64,000 nucleotides of DNA from Natronospirales bacterium (lineage in GTDB: Bacteria; Pseudomonadota; Gammaproteobacteria; Natronospirales; REEB76): NCBI GenBank assembly GCA_021816765.1, contig JAKAXB010000001.1:19665-83664 (forward strand), given 5' to 3'. The notes below the pieces were generated by a model that saw nothing but the letters and a program-made list of their open reading frames with translations, searched no databases and was not told where the DNA came from. A program made the position numbers and the translations under genes. Of the stretch, positions 48,916 through 58,806 are shown in pieces (position 1 is the first letter of the stretch; each line of letters opens with the position of its first letter).

Positions 48916-49286
48916 ACGTGGTGGATTCCTCCGCGTGGCTGGAATTTTTCGCCGGTGGGCCCAATGCGGAGCACTTTGCCAAACCTGTCACCGATCTCGC
49001 GCGGCTGATCGTGCCGAGCATCGCACTGCTTGAAGTGTTCAAACGCATTTTGCAGCAACGGGACGAAAATGCCGCACTGCGTGCCGTTGCGGCCATGCAT
49101 CAGGGCCGGGTCGTGGACCTGGACAGGGAAATGGCGCTGGCCGCGGCGAAACTGGGCCATACCCTCAAGCTGCCGCTGGCTGACAGTGTCATTCTTGCAA
49201 CCGCCCGACAATACCATGCCACACTCTGGACACAGGACGCCGATTTCAAGGGGCTGGAAGGCGTGCGGTATTTTTCGAAGACGTGA
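48912..49286 (+). CDS. vapC: VapC PIN-domain toxin
   Basis: NVVDSSAWLEFF, LEVFK, LADSVILATA, WTQDADF. Confidence 0.92.
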   Translation: MNVVDSSAWLEFFAGGPNAEHFAKPVTDLARLIVPSIALLEVFKRILQQRDENAALRAVAAMHQGRVVDLDREMALAAAKLGHTLKLPLADSVILATARQYHATLWTQDADFKGLEGVRYFSKT

Positions 49287-49322
49287 AGCTGGCGGAAGTA
49301 TTCCGTCGTTCTGCATGAGAAT

Positions 49323-49356
49323 AAAAGAGCGCCGCCTTGTGACAGGCGGCGCTTGG
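49323..49356. terminator. Terminator between vapC-2 and hppA
   Basis: AAAAG-AGCGCCGCC-TTGTGACA-GGCGGCGCT. Confidence 0.7.
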
Positions 49357-49377
49357 TTCTTCAAGGTCGCGCTTTGA

Positions 49378-51408
49378 TCAGCGTCCCAGCAGCGGGATGA
49401 TGAGCAGGGCGACGATGTTGATGATCTTGATGAGCGGGTTGATGGCTGGCCCCGCGGTGTCCTTGTAGGGATCGCCCACGGTGTCGCCGGTGATCGCCGC
49501 TTTGTGGGCGTCGGAGCCCTTGCCGCCGAAGTGGCCGTCCTCGATGTATTTCTTGGCGTTGTCCCAGGCGCCGCCGCCGGTGGTCATGGAGATCGCCACG
49601 AACAGGCCGGTGACGATGGTGCCCACCAGCACGCCGCCGAGCGCCGTTGGCCCAAGCAGCAGACCCACCAGGATCGGCACTGCGATGGGCAGCAGCGAGG
49701 GGACGATCATCTCCTTGATGGCCGCCTTGGTGAGCATGTCCACGGCACGCGAATAATCCGGCTTGGCCCTGCCGGTCATGATGCCGGGGATCTCCTTGAA
49801 CTGGCGGCGCACCTCGTTGACGATGCCCCCCGCAGCACGACCCACCGCTTCCATGGCCATGGCGCCGAACAGGTACGGAATCAACCCGCCGATGAACAGG
49901 CCGATGATCACCCGGTAGTCGGAGAGATCGAAGGTGAGGGTCTTGCCGACCGCCGCCAGATTATGGGTGTAGTCGGCGAACAGCACCACGGCGGCGAGCG
50001 CCGCGGAACCGATGGCGTAGCCCTTGGTCACCGCCTTGGTGGTGTTGCCCACCGCGTCCAGCGGATCGGTGACCGCACGCACTTCCTTGGGAAGGTCGGC
50101 CATCTCGGCGATGCCGCCGGCGTTGTCGGTGATGGGACCGTAGGCATCCAGCGCCACGATCACGCCGGTCATGGAAAGCATGGTGGCGGCGGCGATGGCG
50201 ATGCCGTACAGGCCCGCGAACCCGTAGGCCACGCCGATGCTGATGCAGATGGCGATCACCGGCAGTGCCGTGGACTTCATGGACACGCCGAGACCGGCGA
50301 TGATGTTGGTGGCGTGGCCGGTGGTGGAGGCCTGGGCGATGTGGCGTACCGGCTTGAACTGGGTGCCGGTGTAATACTCGGTAATGGCCACCAGCACCAC
50401 GGTCAGCAGCGGACCGACCACGGCGGCGCCGAACAGCCGCAGCCAGCCGATGCTCGGCATGTCCGCCATCATCCAGCGGCTGACAAAGTAGAAGCCGACG
50501 ATGGAGAGGAGGGCGGAGACGACGACGCCCGTGTAGAGCGCATTCATGATTTTGCCGCCGTCCTTGCCGCGTACGCAGAAGATGCCGATGAGCGAGGCGA
50601 TGATCGAGATGCCGCCCAGCACCAGCGGGTAGATTTCGGCGTTGGGGCCGAGTTCGGCGATCATCAGTCCGCCGAGCAGCATGGCGGCCACCTTGGTGAC
50701 ACAGTAGGTTTCGAACAGGTCAGCTGCCATGCCGGCGCAGTCGCCCACGTTGTCGCCCACGTTGTCGGCGATCACCGCCGGGTTGCGTGGGTCATCCTCG
50801 GGAATGCCGGCTTCCACCTTGCCCACCAAGTCCGCGCCCACGTCGGCGCCCTTGGTGAAGATGCCGCCGCCGAGACGCGCGAAGATTGAAATCAGCGAGC
50901 CGCCGAAGGCGAGGCCCAGAAGCGCGTGCAGTGTTTCCTCGTTGGGCAGGAACCGCCGCAGGATCATGTAGTACACGCTGATGCCGAGCAGCCCGAGGCC
51001 CGCCACCAGCATGCCGGTGATGGCGCCGCCGCGGAACGCCACCTTGAGGGCGGCCCTCAGGCCGTTGCGCGCCGCCTCCGCGGTGCGCACGTTGGCGCGC
51101 ACCGAGATGTTCATGCCGATGTAACCCGCCGCGCCCGAAAGGATCGCACCGATGACAAAGCCGATAGCCGTGGGCCAGCTCTTCAGCACGAAGCCGATGA
51201 GCAGGAACAGCACGATGCCGACGACGGCGATGGTGCGGTACTGGCGGTTGAGATAGGCCTTGGCGCCCACCTGGATGGCCGCAGCGATCTCGCGCATGCG
51301 CTCATTACCGGCGGGCTGTTTCAGCACCCAGCCCACCGACAGGATGCCGTACAGGATCGCGAGCGCGGAGCACGCTATCACGAACCACAGAGCATATTGA
51401 CTCATCAT
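49378..51408 (-). CDS. hppA: Membrane-bound H+-translocating pyrophosphatase (K+-independent type)
   Basis: [26 protein letters not shown] (Lys at the K+-dependence position), [10 protein letters not shown]. Confidence 0.97.
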   Translation of the reverse strand: MMSQYALWFVIACSALAILYGILSVGWVLKQPAGNERMREIAAAIQVGAKAYLNRQYRTIAVVGIVLFLLIGFVLKSWPTAIGFVIGAILSGAAGYIGMNISVRANVRTAEAARNGLRAALKVAFRGGAITGMLVAGLGLLGISVYYMILRRFLPNEETLHALLGLAFGGSLISIFARLGGGIFTKGADVGADLVGKVEAGIPEDDPRNPAVIADNVGDNVGDCAGMAADLFETYCVTKVAAMLLGGLMIAELGPNAEIYPLVLGGISIIASLIGIFCVRGKDGGKIMNALYTGVVVSALLSIVGFYFVSRWMMADMPSIGWLRLFGAAVVGPLLTVVLVAITEYYTGTQFKPVRHIAQASTTGHATNIIAGLGVSMKSTALPVIAICISIGVAYGFAGLYGIAIAAATMLSMTGVIVALDAYGPITDNAGGIAEMADLPKEVRAVTDPLDAVGNTTKAVTKGYAIGSAALAAVVLFADYTHNLAAVGKTLTFDLSDYRVIIGLFIGGLIPYLFGAMAMEAVGRAAGGIVNEVRRQFKEIPGIMTGRAKPDYSRAVDMLTKAAIKEMIVPSLLPIAVPILVGLLLGPTALGGVLVGTIVTGLFVAISMTTGGGAWDNAKKYIEDGHFGGKGSDAHKAAITGDTVGDPYKDTAGPAINPLIKIINIVALLIIPLLGR

Positions 51409-51454
51409 GTATACATCTCCCGTTGTTGAAACGAATAGCCTGAAATCCGAAGAT

Positions 51455-52720
51455 TCAGATCTTGAATGTGGCCTTGAGTTTTTTGGGTACCGCCGCATTC
51501 CTGAGACGCGCGTACTGCGGGACGCCGTGCCTGTAGGGCGGATAGTCCTCGCCCTGGATCAGCGGCGCGAGATAGCGGCGCGCCTTTGCGGTGATGCCAA
51601 AGCCGTCGCGGCGGATGAAATCCCGCGGCATGAGCTTTTCCCGGTTGGCCACGTCCGCGAGCCGGGCGACACCGAGCGTCCATTTGTAGGGTTGGTCCGA
51701 TTGGCGCACGATGGTGGGCATCACGGCATTGTGACCTTTCAATGCCAATTCCACCGCCGCCTTGCCGACTTCATAGGACTGTTCCACGTCAACCTTGCTG
51801 GCAATATGACGCGCGGCGCGCTGCAGGTAATCGGCCACCGCCCAGTGATATTTGTATTTGAGGTTTTCCTTCACCAGGTTGGCGATGAACGGCGCCACGC
51901 CGCCCAACTGGGTGTGGCCGAAGGCGTCGCGAGTACCGGCCTCGGCCAGGAATTTTCCCTCCGCCGTACGCACGCCTTCCGAGACCACGATGACGCAATA
52001 ATCATGTCGGTCCACACTCTGTTGCACTTTCTTCAGGAAGGCAGCCTGGTCGAAGGCGATCTCGGGGAACAGGATGATATGCGGCGCATCGCCCGCGTGT
52101 TCCTGGGCGAGTGCACCGGCCGCAGCGATCCAGCCGGCGTGACGGCCCATTACTTCCATGACGAATACCCGGGTGGAAGTCTTGGCCATGGAGGTGACGT
52201 CGAGGGCCGCCTCTTTTATTGATACGGCGACGTATTTCGCCACCGAGCCGAAACCGGGAGAGCAATCGGTTACGGCCAGATCGTTGTCCACGGTTTTCGG
52301 CACGTGGATGGCCTGGATGGGGCAGCCGAGCCGTTCCGCAAGCTGTGAGACCTTGAGGCAGGTATCGGCGGAGTCGCCGCCGCCGTTATAGAAGAAGTAA
52401 CCGATATTGTGGGCCTTGAAGACCTGGATCAGCCGTTCATACTGGGCGGGATTCTCTTCCGGGCTCTTCAATTTGTAGCGGCAGGAGCCGAAGGCGCCGC
52501 CGGGGGTGTGCCTGAGGGCGGCGATCTGTTGCGCGCTCTCCTTGCCGGTGTCGATCAGTTCCTCGGTGAGGGCGCCGAGGATGCCGTTGCGCCCGGCATA
52601 CACTTTGCCGATTTTGTGCTTATGTTTGCGGGCGGTCTCGATGACCCCGCAGGCACTGGCGTTGATCACGGCGGTCACGCCGCCGGACTGGGCGTAGAAG
52701 GCGTTCTTTCTGAAAGCCAT
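51455..52720 (-). CDS. pfp: 6-phosphofructokinase, probably PPi-dependent
   Basis: [32 protein letters not shown]. Confidence 0.88.
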   Translation of the reverse strand: MAFRKNAFYAQSGGVTAVINASACGVIETARKHKHKIGKVYAGRNGILGALTEELIDTGKESAQQIAALRHTPGGAFGSCRYKLKSPEENPAQYERLIQVFKAHNIGYFFYNGGGDSADTCLKVSQLAERLGCPIQAIHVPKTVDNDLAVTDCSPGFGSVAKYVAVSIKEAALDVTSMAKTSTRVFVMEVMGRHAGWIAAAGALAQEHAGDAPHIILFPEIAFDQAAFLKKVQQSVDRHDYCVIVVSEGVRTAEGKFLAEAGTRDAFGHTQLGGVAPFIANLVKENLKYKYHWAVADYLQRAARHIASKVDVEQSYEVGKAAVELALKGHNAVMPTIVRQSDQPYKWTLGVARLADVANREKLMPRDFIRRDGFGITAKARRYLAPLIQGEDYPPYRHGVPQYARLRNAAVPKKLKATFKI

Positions 52721-52984
52721 TGTTTCGGAAGCTCTTTATTTCAAGCAAACCACCTGCAGGAACCGCAGGCCGCCGGGCATTGTAGCGGGGCGCCGACGAA
52801 TTGCAAAAAACGGCCGGGATGGGACCGCGGGCGGGCGCGACCTGACCGGGAATGCGGGTGCAGGGGTGAGAATTGCGTTGACGTTGCCGGGATCAACGGG
52901 TACTTTACGCTGCCTTGCGGGCCGGCAAAGCCCGGAATGCGGCCCTGCGGGCCTGGACCCTTACTCTTCCAAGCGAGATGCGTC

Positions 52985-53923
52985 ATGAGAATTGTGCTGC
53001 TCGGAGCGCCCGGTTCCGGCAAGGGGACCCAGGCCAAGTTACTGATGGAGAAGTACCGCATCCCGCATGTCTCCACCGGCGACCTGCTGCGCGCGGCCCT
53101 GGCCGCCGGTACGCCGCTGGGGCTGCAGGCCAAGGCGGCCATGGACGCGGGTCAGCTGGTTTCCGACGAGATCGTATTGGGCATCATTCGCGAGCGTCTG
53201 CGCCACAACGACGCCAAAAAAGGCTTCATCCTCGACGGGTTCCCGCGCAACATCATCCAGGCCCAGGCCCTGGACAGCATGCTGCACAATCTCAATCAGC
53301 CGCTGGACGCGGCGCTGCTCCTGGACGTGGACTTCGACGCGCTCATGCAGCGCCTCACCGGGCGGCGCACCTGCGAGAACTGCGGCGCCAGCTACAATAT
53401 CTACACCAATCCGCCGCGCCTCGATGACCAGTGCGACCGTTGCGGCGCGCCGCTGCATCACCGTGCCGATGACAACGAGGAGACCATCGGAAACCGTCTG
53501 CGCGTGTACGATGCCCAGACCAAACCGCTCATTGATTTCTACCGCAATCAGGGACGGCTCGAGAGCATCAATGCGGTAGGTGAGGTGCAGGCGATTTTCA
53601 AGCGCCTGCTCGTGGTGCTGGAGCCCATCGCCAAGGGTGTGCGCAAACTCAAATTGCCCCCCCCGTCGCCCGTGAAGTCGGTCAAGGGTAAGCCTGTTGC
53701 CCAACCGGTGGTACTACCCGTAAAGGGTAAGCTGCTGCCCGTCAAGCCGGTGATGAGCCCTGTGAAATCACCGCGCAAGCCGATTGCCAAGGTACCGCCG
53801 AAAAAGACGCTGCCGAAGAAAGCGGTTGCAGCACGCACGGCCTCGAAGAAGTCCGCGGTCAAATCGCAGCCCAGGGCGAAACCCGCCAAATCGCCGGCAA
53901 AGAAAACCCGCGGTCGCAGGTAA
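52985..53923 (+). CDS. adk: Adenylate kinase with Lys/Pro/Ala-rich C-terminal extension
   Basis: GAPGSGKGTQ, STGDLLR, LDGFPR, Zn-LID CENC...CDRC. Confidence 0.95.
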   Translation: MRIVLLGAPGSGKGTQAKLLMEKYRIPHVSTGDLLRAALAAGTPLGLQAKAAMDAGQLVSDEIVLGIIRERLRHNDAKKGFILDGFPRNIIQAQALDSMLHNLNQPLDAALLLDVDFDALMQRLTGRRTCENCGASYNIYTNPPRLDDQCDRCGAPLHHRADDNEETIGNRLRVYDAQTKPLIDFYRNQGRLESINAVGEVQAIFKRLLVVLEPIAKGVRKLKLPPPSPVKSVKGKPVAQPVVLPVKGKLLPVKPVMSPVKSPRKPIAKVPPKKTLPKKAVAARTASKKSAVKSQPRAKPAKSPAKKTRGRR

Positions 53924-53928
53924 ACAGT

Positions 53929-55080
53929 TTAATTCCGGTTTACGGAGCGAATCTCAAGCATGTCGTTGTGGACGGTGAGAGTGGTTTTGCCGTCCAATAA
54001 ATCAAGCAGTGCCTCACCCGCGGTTTTCAGGCGCCAACCCTGGAGCACCGCCACGTCGCGTCTGCCGCGCACCAGTTGTTCCAGTTCGCCGCGGGTGGCG
54101 AGTTGCGCAGGGCTCACATTGGCTGCAGCGCCCTTGATGCGCACCAACGCCATCAGCACATCCACCAGTGCTTCGTCACGTGTCGCCAGCCGTTCGGGCG
54201 GTGCTTCGGGTTTTACGCCGCTGTCGGCATGCAGGATGAGTGCAAGCCATTCCTCCCCGTATTTGCGCAGCGTGCTTTCCTGCATGCCGCGGATGGCCTG
54301 CAGGGCATCGGGGTCCGCAGGCAGTTGGCGTGCCATGTCGGTCAGCACTTCATCTTTCAGTACCCATTGCCGCGGAAGGTTTTTTGTCATCGCCTGGCGT
54401 TCACGCCAGGCAGCCAGCGCTTTGGCGGCGGCGAACTGCCGCGGTTTGAGGCGTTGCAAGCCGCGCAGGCGCTGCCACGCGGTGTCCGGGTCGGGGCGGT
54501 AGACGGCGGGGTCAGTCAGTGCGGCGTTTGCGGCCTCAATCCACCGGAGCCGCCCGTTTGTTTCCAGTTCACCCCGGAGACGCAGATAGATGTCCCGCAG
54601 ATAGCGCACGTCATCCGCGGCGTAACGCACCACCGCCTCGGGCAGGGGTCGCCGCGACCAGTCGGCGCGGGTGTGGCTTTTCTCGAGGGTGACCCCCAAT
54701 AGCCCCTGTACCACGCTGGCATAACCCGCCTGATCGGGAAAGCCGGCAAAACTGGCGGCTATCTGGGTATCGAAGATGGGCGCCGGCACGCGTGCGCTGA
54801 GGTGAAAGAACATTTCCAGGTCCTGCCGCGCGGCATGCAGCACCTTGATGATGCGCGGATCCTGCAGCAGGGCGAACAGGGGTTCGAGGGACTGGATCGC
54901 CAGCACATCCACGCAGGCGACCCGGTCCGCTGTCGCCACCTGTACCAGGCAGAGCTGGGGATAATAGGTACGCTCGCGCATGAATTCCGTATCCACCGCC
55001 AGCCAGCCGGAGGTTTCCAGCCGTGCGCACAGCGATACCAGTGCTCCATCGGTAGCAACCCATACGCAGTCGTCAGCCAT
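53929..55080 (-). CDS. rnd: Ribonuclease D
   Basis: AVDTEFMRERTYYPQLCLVQ, HAARQDLE, DWSRRPL, YAADDV, HRDC region. Confidence 0.96.
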   Translation of the reverse strand: MADDCVWVATDGALVSLCARLETSGWLAVDTEFMRERTYYPQLCLVQVATADRVACVDVLAIQSLEPLFALLQDPRIIKVLHAARQDLEMFFHLSARVPAPIFDTQIAASFAGFPDQAGYASVVQGLLGVTLEKSHTRADWSRRPLPEAVVRYAADDVRYLRDIYLRLRGELETNGRLRWIEAANAALTDPAVYRPDPDTAWQRLRGLQRLKPRQFAAAKALAAWRERQAMTKNLPRQWVLKDEVLTDMARQLPADPDALQAIRGMQESTLRKYGEEWLALILHADSGVKPEAPPERLATRDEALVDVLMALVRIKGAAANVSPAQLATRGELEQLVRGRRDVAVLQGWRLKTAGEALLDLLDGKTTLTVHNDMLEIRSVNRN

Positions 55081-55163
55081 CCGCAATACCTTTTATCCGC
55101 CAAATCGTTTGTCGGGAATGTGTGAGGCGGTATGATGCGTACCCGTCTCGATAGCGCCGGCAC

Positions 55164-55682
55164 ATGATGAAAGCGATTGTACGCACCTGCTGGGAAATTT
55201 GCCTGCTCAGACAGGGACCGCAGATATTTCCGCGTTCGCGGTCCCTGTTCGCCGTCATGCTGATGGCATATCTTGCGGTGGATGCGATATTGTTTGCCGT
55301 CCAGGGGATACGCGGCTTCCTCATCGTCTCCGAAACGCTGTTTGATACGGCGCTGCTTCTGGTGTTTTTCACGCTGGTGCTTGCCATATGGCGGAAACCC
55401 GGGCGTTTCAATCAGACAGCGGTAGCTCTCTTTGGTACCGGTGCGCTCATAATGATTGCAGCTTTGCCTCCCAGTCTTGTGGCAACATTGCTGCCTTCCT
55501 CACCTGTTGCGGACGCAGCCAAAGCACTGCTTTATGTTGTTCTTGCATGGAGTATTTTTGTCATGGGGCACGTGACCCGGCATGCACTGGATACCGGATT
55601 GTTCACCGGTACCGTCATCGCCGCCGCCTACACGCTGCTTAATCTGGTACTGTTCGCGGTATTTTTTCCCATCAAGGGCTGA
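55164..55682 (+). CDS. Hypothetical membrane protein
   Basis: ICLLRQGPQ, multiple TM segments, directly upstream of mpl. Confidence 0.7.
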   Translation: MMKAIVRTCWEICLLRQGPQIFPRSRSLFAVMLMAYLAVDAILFAVQGIRGFLIVSETLFDTALLLVFFTLVLAIWRKPGRFNQTAVALFGTGALIMIAALPPSLVATLLPSSPVADAAKALLYVVLAWSIFVMGHVTRHALDTGLFTGTVIAAAYTLLNLVLFAVFFPIKG

Positions 55683-55683
55683 T

Positions 55684-57072
55684 ATGCGCATCCATATCCT
55701 CGGTATCTGCGGCACTTTCATGGGCGGCATCGCGGCGCTCGCCAAGGCCAGCGGTCATGAGGTAAGCGGCTCGGATGCCAATGTTTATCCGCCCATGAGC
55801 ACGCAGCTTGCCGCGCTGGGTATCGCCCTCCACGAGGCCTATCTGCCCGAGCATCTGAAGCCGGCGCCGGATTGCGTGGTGGTGGGTAATGCGCTGTCAC
55901 GCGGCAACCCGGCGGTGGAAGCCATGCTGGCGCGCGGCCTGCCGTACCTGTCCGGCCCGCAGTGGCTGGCGCAGCAAATTCTCACAAATCGGCATGTAAT
56001 CGCCGTGGCCGGCACGCATGGCAAGACCACCACCGCCAGCATGCTGGCCTGGATACTGGAATGTGCCGGACTGAATCCGGGTTTTCTCATCGGCGGCGTG
56101 CCGCGGGATTTTGGTTTTTCCGCGCGACTGGGCGGGGGCGGATTTTTTGTGGTGGAAGCGGATGAGTATGACACCGCATTTTTCGACAAGGGTTCCAAGT
56201 TTCTGCATTACCGGCCACGCACACTGATTCTCAACAATCTTGAATACGATCATGCCGACATTTTCCCGGACCTTGCCAGCATTGAAACGCAGTTCCACTA
56301 CCTGGTGCGCGGCATTCCGGGAAACGGCCTGATCGTGGTGAACGGCGCCGATGCCAATCTGGCGCGGGTACTGGAAAAAGGCTGCTGGACCCCGCGGGAA
56401 ACCTTCGCACTGACGGACGCCGACTGGGCTGCCAGGCATGTCTCCGCGGATGGCAGTACCTTCAATGTCATTCACGACGGCAAGACCGCGGCCACGGTTG
56501 AATGGGAGCTGCTGGGGTTGCATAACGTGCAGAATGCACTGGCCGCGATCGCGGCCGCCGGGCATGCAGGTGTGGAGCCGCGGCAGGCCGCGGAAGCACT
56601 CATCCGTTTCCAGGGCGTGAAACGGCGCCTCGAAGTGCGCGCGCAGATTGACGGCGTAACGGTTTATGATGATTTTGCCCATCATCCCACCGCGATCGCC
56701 ACCACACTTGCGGGATTGCGCAAGCGCGTGGGCAAGGAACGCATCATCGCCGTGCTGGAGCCGCGCTCCGGCAGCATGAAGATGGGCGTACACCGCGATA
56801 CGCTGGCCGCTTCGCTGGAAGCGGCGGATCGCGTGTGCGTCTTTCAGGCGGCCAATGTGGCCTGGGACGTGACGGCCGCGCTGCAGTCGTTGGGGGCGCG
56901 CGCCAACGTCAGCACGGATCTGGAACAACTTATCCGCAACGTGGCCGGTGAAATCCGGCACGGCGACCATGTACTCATCATGAGCAACGGCGGCTTCGGC
57001 GGATTCCACGACAAACTGATCGAGTATTTGCAGCGCAATGCGGCGCCGAGGTCTGAAAGCGCGGAGCCATGA
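55684..57072 (+). CDS. mpl: Murein peptide ligase
   Basis: HILGICGTFMGG, AGTHGKTTT, EADEYDTAFFDK, DDFAHHPTAI. Confidence 0.97.
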   Translation: MRIHILGICGTFMGGIAALAKASGHEVSGSDANVYPPMSTQLAALGIALHEAYLPEHLKPAPDCVVVGNALSRGNPAVEAMLARGLPYLSGPQWLAQQILTNRHVIAVAGTHGKTTTASMLAWILECAGLNPGFLIGGVPRDFGFSARLGGGGFFVVEADEYDTAFFDKGSKFLHYRPRTLILNNLEYDHADIFPDLASIETQFHYLVRGIPGNGLIVVNGADANLARVLEKGCWTPRETFALTDADWAARHVSADGSTFNVIHDGKTAATVEWELLGLHNVQNALAAIAAAGHAGVEPRQAAEALIRFQGVKRRLEVRAQIDGVTVYDDFAHHPTAIATTLAGLRKRVGKERIIAVLEPRSGSMKMGVHRDTLAASLEAADRVCVFQAANVAWDVTAALQSLGARANVSTDLEQLIRNVAGEIRHGDHVLIMSNGGFGGFHDKLIEYLQRNAAPRSESAEP

Positions 57073-57689
57073 GTGACAAGCCGATTACCCTCGCCCTGAC
57101 CGGCGCCTCCGGCGCTGCCTACGGCTTGCGTCTGCTGGAATGCCTGCTCAAGGCCGACCGGCAGGTGTATCTCATGTTGTCCAAGCCGGCACAGTTGGTC
57201 ATCGGCATGGAAACGGATGTAAAGCTGCCGGGGCGGATACAGGATATCGAAGAGTTCTTCCGCGCACGCTATCAGGCGAAACCCGCCCAGTTGCACCTGC
57301 TGGGAACCGAACAGTGGACTGCGGCGGTGGCCAGCGGTTCCGGCGCGGCGCACGCCATGGTGATTTGTCCGTGCAGCATGGCGACGCTGTCCGCCGTGGC
57401 GGTGGGCGCGAGCCGCAGTCTGATTGAGAGGGCCGCGGACGTGATGCTCAAGGAACAGCGCAAGCTGATTCTGGTGCCGCGGGAAACACCGTTCTCGGCG
57501 ATTCACCTGGAAAACATGCTCAAGCTCGCGCGCCTCGGCGTCACGATCCTGCCGGGAAACCCGGGATTTTACCATCGTCCGCAAGGGGTGAATGATCTGG
57601 TGGATTTCATCGTGGCGCGTGTGCTTGACCATCTGGACATTCCCCACACACTGGTATCCCGTTGGGGTGTGAAACAGGGTGAGGAGTGA
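57069..57689 (+). CDS. ubiX: Flavin prenyltransferase
   Basis: TGASGA.YG, ASGS, PCSM.TL, RAADV.LKE, RETP. Confidence 0.96.
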   Translation: MSDKPITLALTGASGAAYGLRLLECLLKADRQVYLMLSKPAQLVIGMETDVKLPGRIQDIEEFFRARYQAKPAQLHLLGTEQWTAAVASGSGAAHAMVICPCSMATLSAVAVGASRSLIERAADVMLKEQRKLILVPRETPFSAIHLENMLKLARLGVTILPGNPGFYHRPQGVNDLVDFIVARVLDHLDIPHTLVSRWGVKQGEE

Positions 57690-57701
57690 GGAGGACGGGC
57701 G

Positions 57702-58283
57702 GTGCCGGCAGAGATTCCGCTGTTTCCACTCAACACCGTGCTGTTCCCCGGCGGTCCGCTGCCGCTGCGGATCTTTGAAACCCGCTATCTCGACATGCTG
57801 AGCCGCTGTCTGAAACGCGAGCAGGGCTTCGGCGTGTGTCTCATCGAGCAGGGCAGTGAAACCGGTCCAGCGCGCACCTATACAGTCGGCACGCTGGCCC
57901 ACATCCGTGACTGGAGCAGCGGCGCGGATGGGCTGCTCAACATCCTGGCGCTGGGCGGGCAGCGCTTTCGCGTGACGCGCGTGCGCACTCAGCATGACGG
58001 CCTGAATATCGGTGAAGTGGAACGGCTGCCCGAGGAAGCGGCACTGCCGCTGCCCGATGAGGCGAAACCGCTCGCTGAACTGTTGCGTCATATCCTGGCG
58101 CAGATGCAGGCACGCTATGCCGCGGTGACACCAGCCTATGCAGATGCATCCTGGGTCGGTTACCGGCTCGCCGAGGTGCTGCCGTTGCCGATGGCACAGC
58201 GGCAGTATCTGCTGGAAATCTCCGATGCACGCATGCGGCTCGATATCATCGGCACGCTGGCGCAATCCCAGGCGATGAAATAA
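57702..58283 (+). CDS. LON peptidase substrate-binding domain protein
   Basis: PLFPLNTVLFPGGPLPLRIFETRY. Confidence 0.9.
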   Translation: MPAEIPLFPLNTVLFPGGPLPLRIFETRYLDMLSRCLKREQGFGVCLIEQGSETGPARTYTVGTLAHIRDWSSGADGLLNILALGGQRFRVTRVRTQHDGLNIGEVERLPEEAALPLPDEAKPLAELLRHILAQMQARYAAVTPAYADASWVGYRLAEVLPLPMAQRQYLLEISDARMRLDIIGTLAQSQAMK

Positions 58284-58287
58284 GCGT

Positions 58288-58743
58288 TCAGGGGTTGCCC
58301 CAGAGATCTTGTGGACTCTGGCTGGCATCCACAATGTCGGTGGTTTCCCGCAGGCGCCGTGAGAGTATTTCCGCCAGCGACTGATAGAAACGGCCCGCGA
58401 AGGCGGGATCCGCCTGCATGAATTTCTGTATATTGGCGTGGCCGATGACGATGGCCAGCACTTCGGGGTCGCAGGCTTCCACGCTGGCGCTGGCGGGATG
58501 GCCTTCAATGAAGGACATGTCACCGAAAATCTCGCCGGGGCCGCGCCGGGAAATATCCACCATGAATCCCTCATGGTCGCGCACCACCTTTGCATCGCCC
58601 TTCACGAGGATATGCAGACTGGTTTGCTCCTCTCCCTGCCGGATCAGCAGAGCACCGGGCTTGAAGATTTTGCGCTCCGCCGTCTGCAACAGCGACTGAT
58701 ACTCATCGTCCTTGAGATATTTGAAGACTTTCAGCATGGCCAT
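58288..58743 (-). CDS. Stand-alone cyclic-nucleotide-binding domain protein
   Basis: LIRQGE...GPGEIFGDMSFIEGHPASASV...LSRRLR; no HTH. Confidence 0.82.
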   Translation of the reverse strand: MAMLKVFKYLKDDEYQSLLQTAERKIFKPGALLIRQGEEQTSLHILVKGDAKVVRDHEGFMVDISRRGPGEIFGDMSFIEGHPASASVEACDPEVLAIVIGHANIQKFMQADPAFAGRFYQSLAEILSRRLRETTDIVDASQSPQDLWGNP

Positions 58744-58806
58744 GGACGCAGCCTCCCATAGCAAACCACACCTGCCTTGAGATACTGCGCCAAATCCATG
58801 AAGCTG

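Noticed and set aside
13200-49300. A single prophage or ICE spanning the accessory region
   Set aside because: No integrase, phage structural or conjugation genes, no tRNA, and no flanking direct repeat spanning it; looks like a patchwork.
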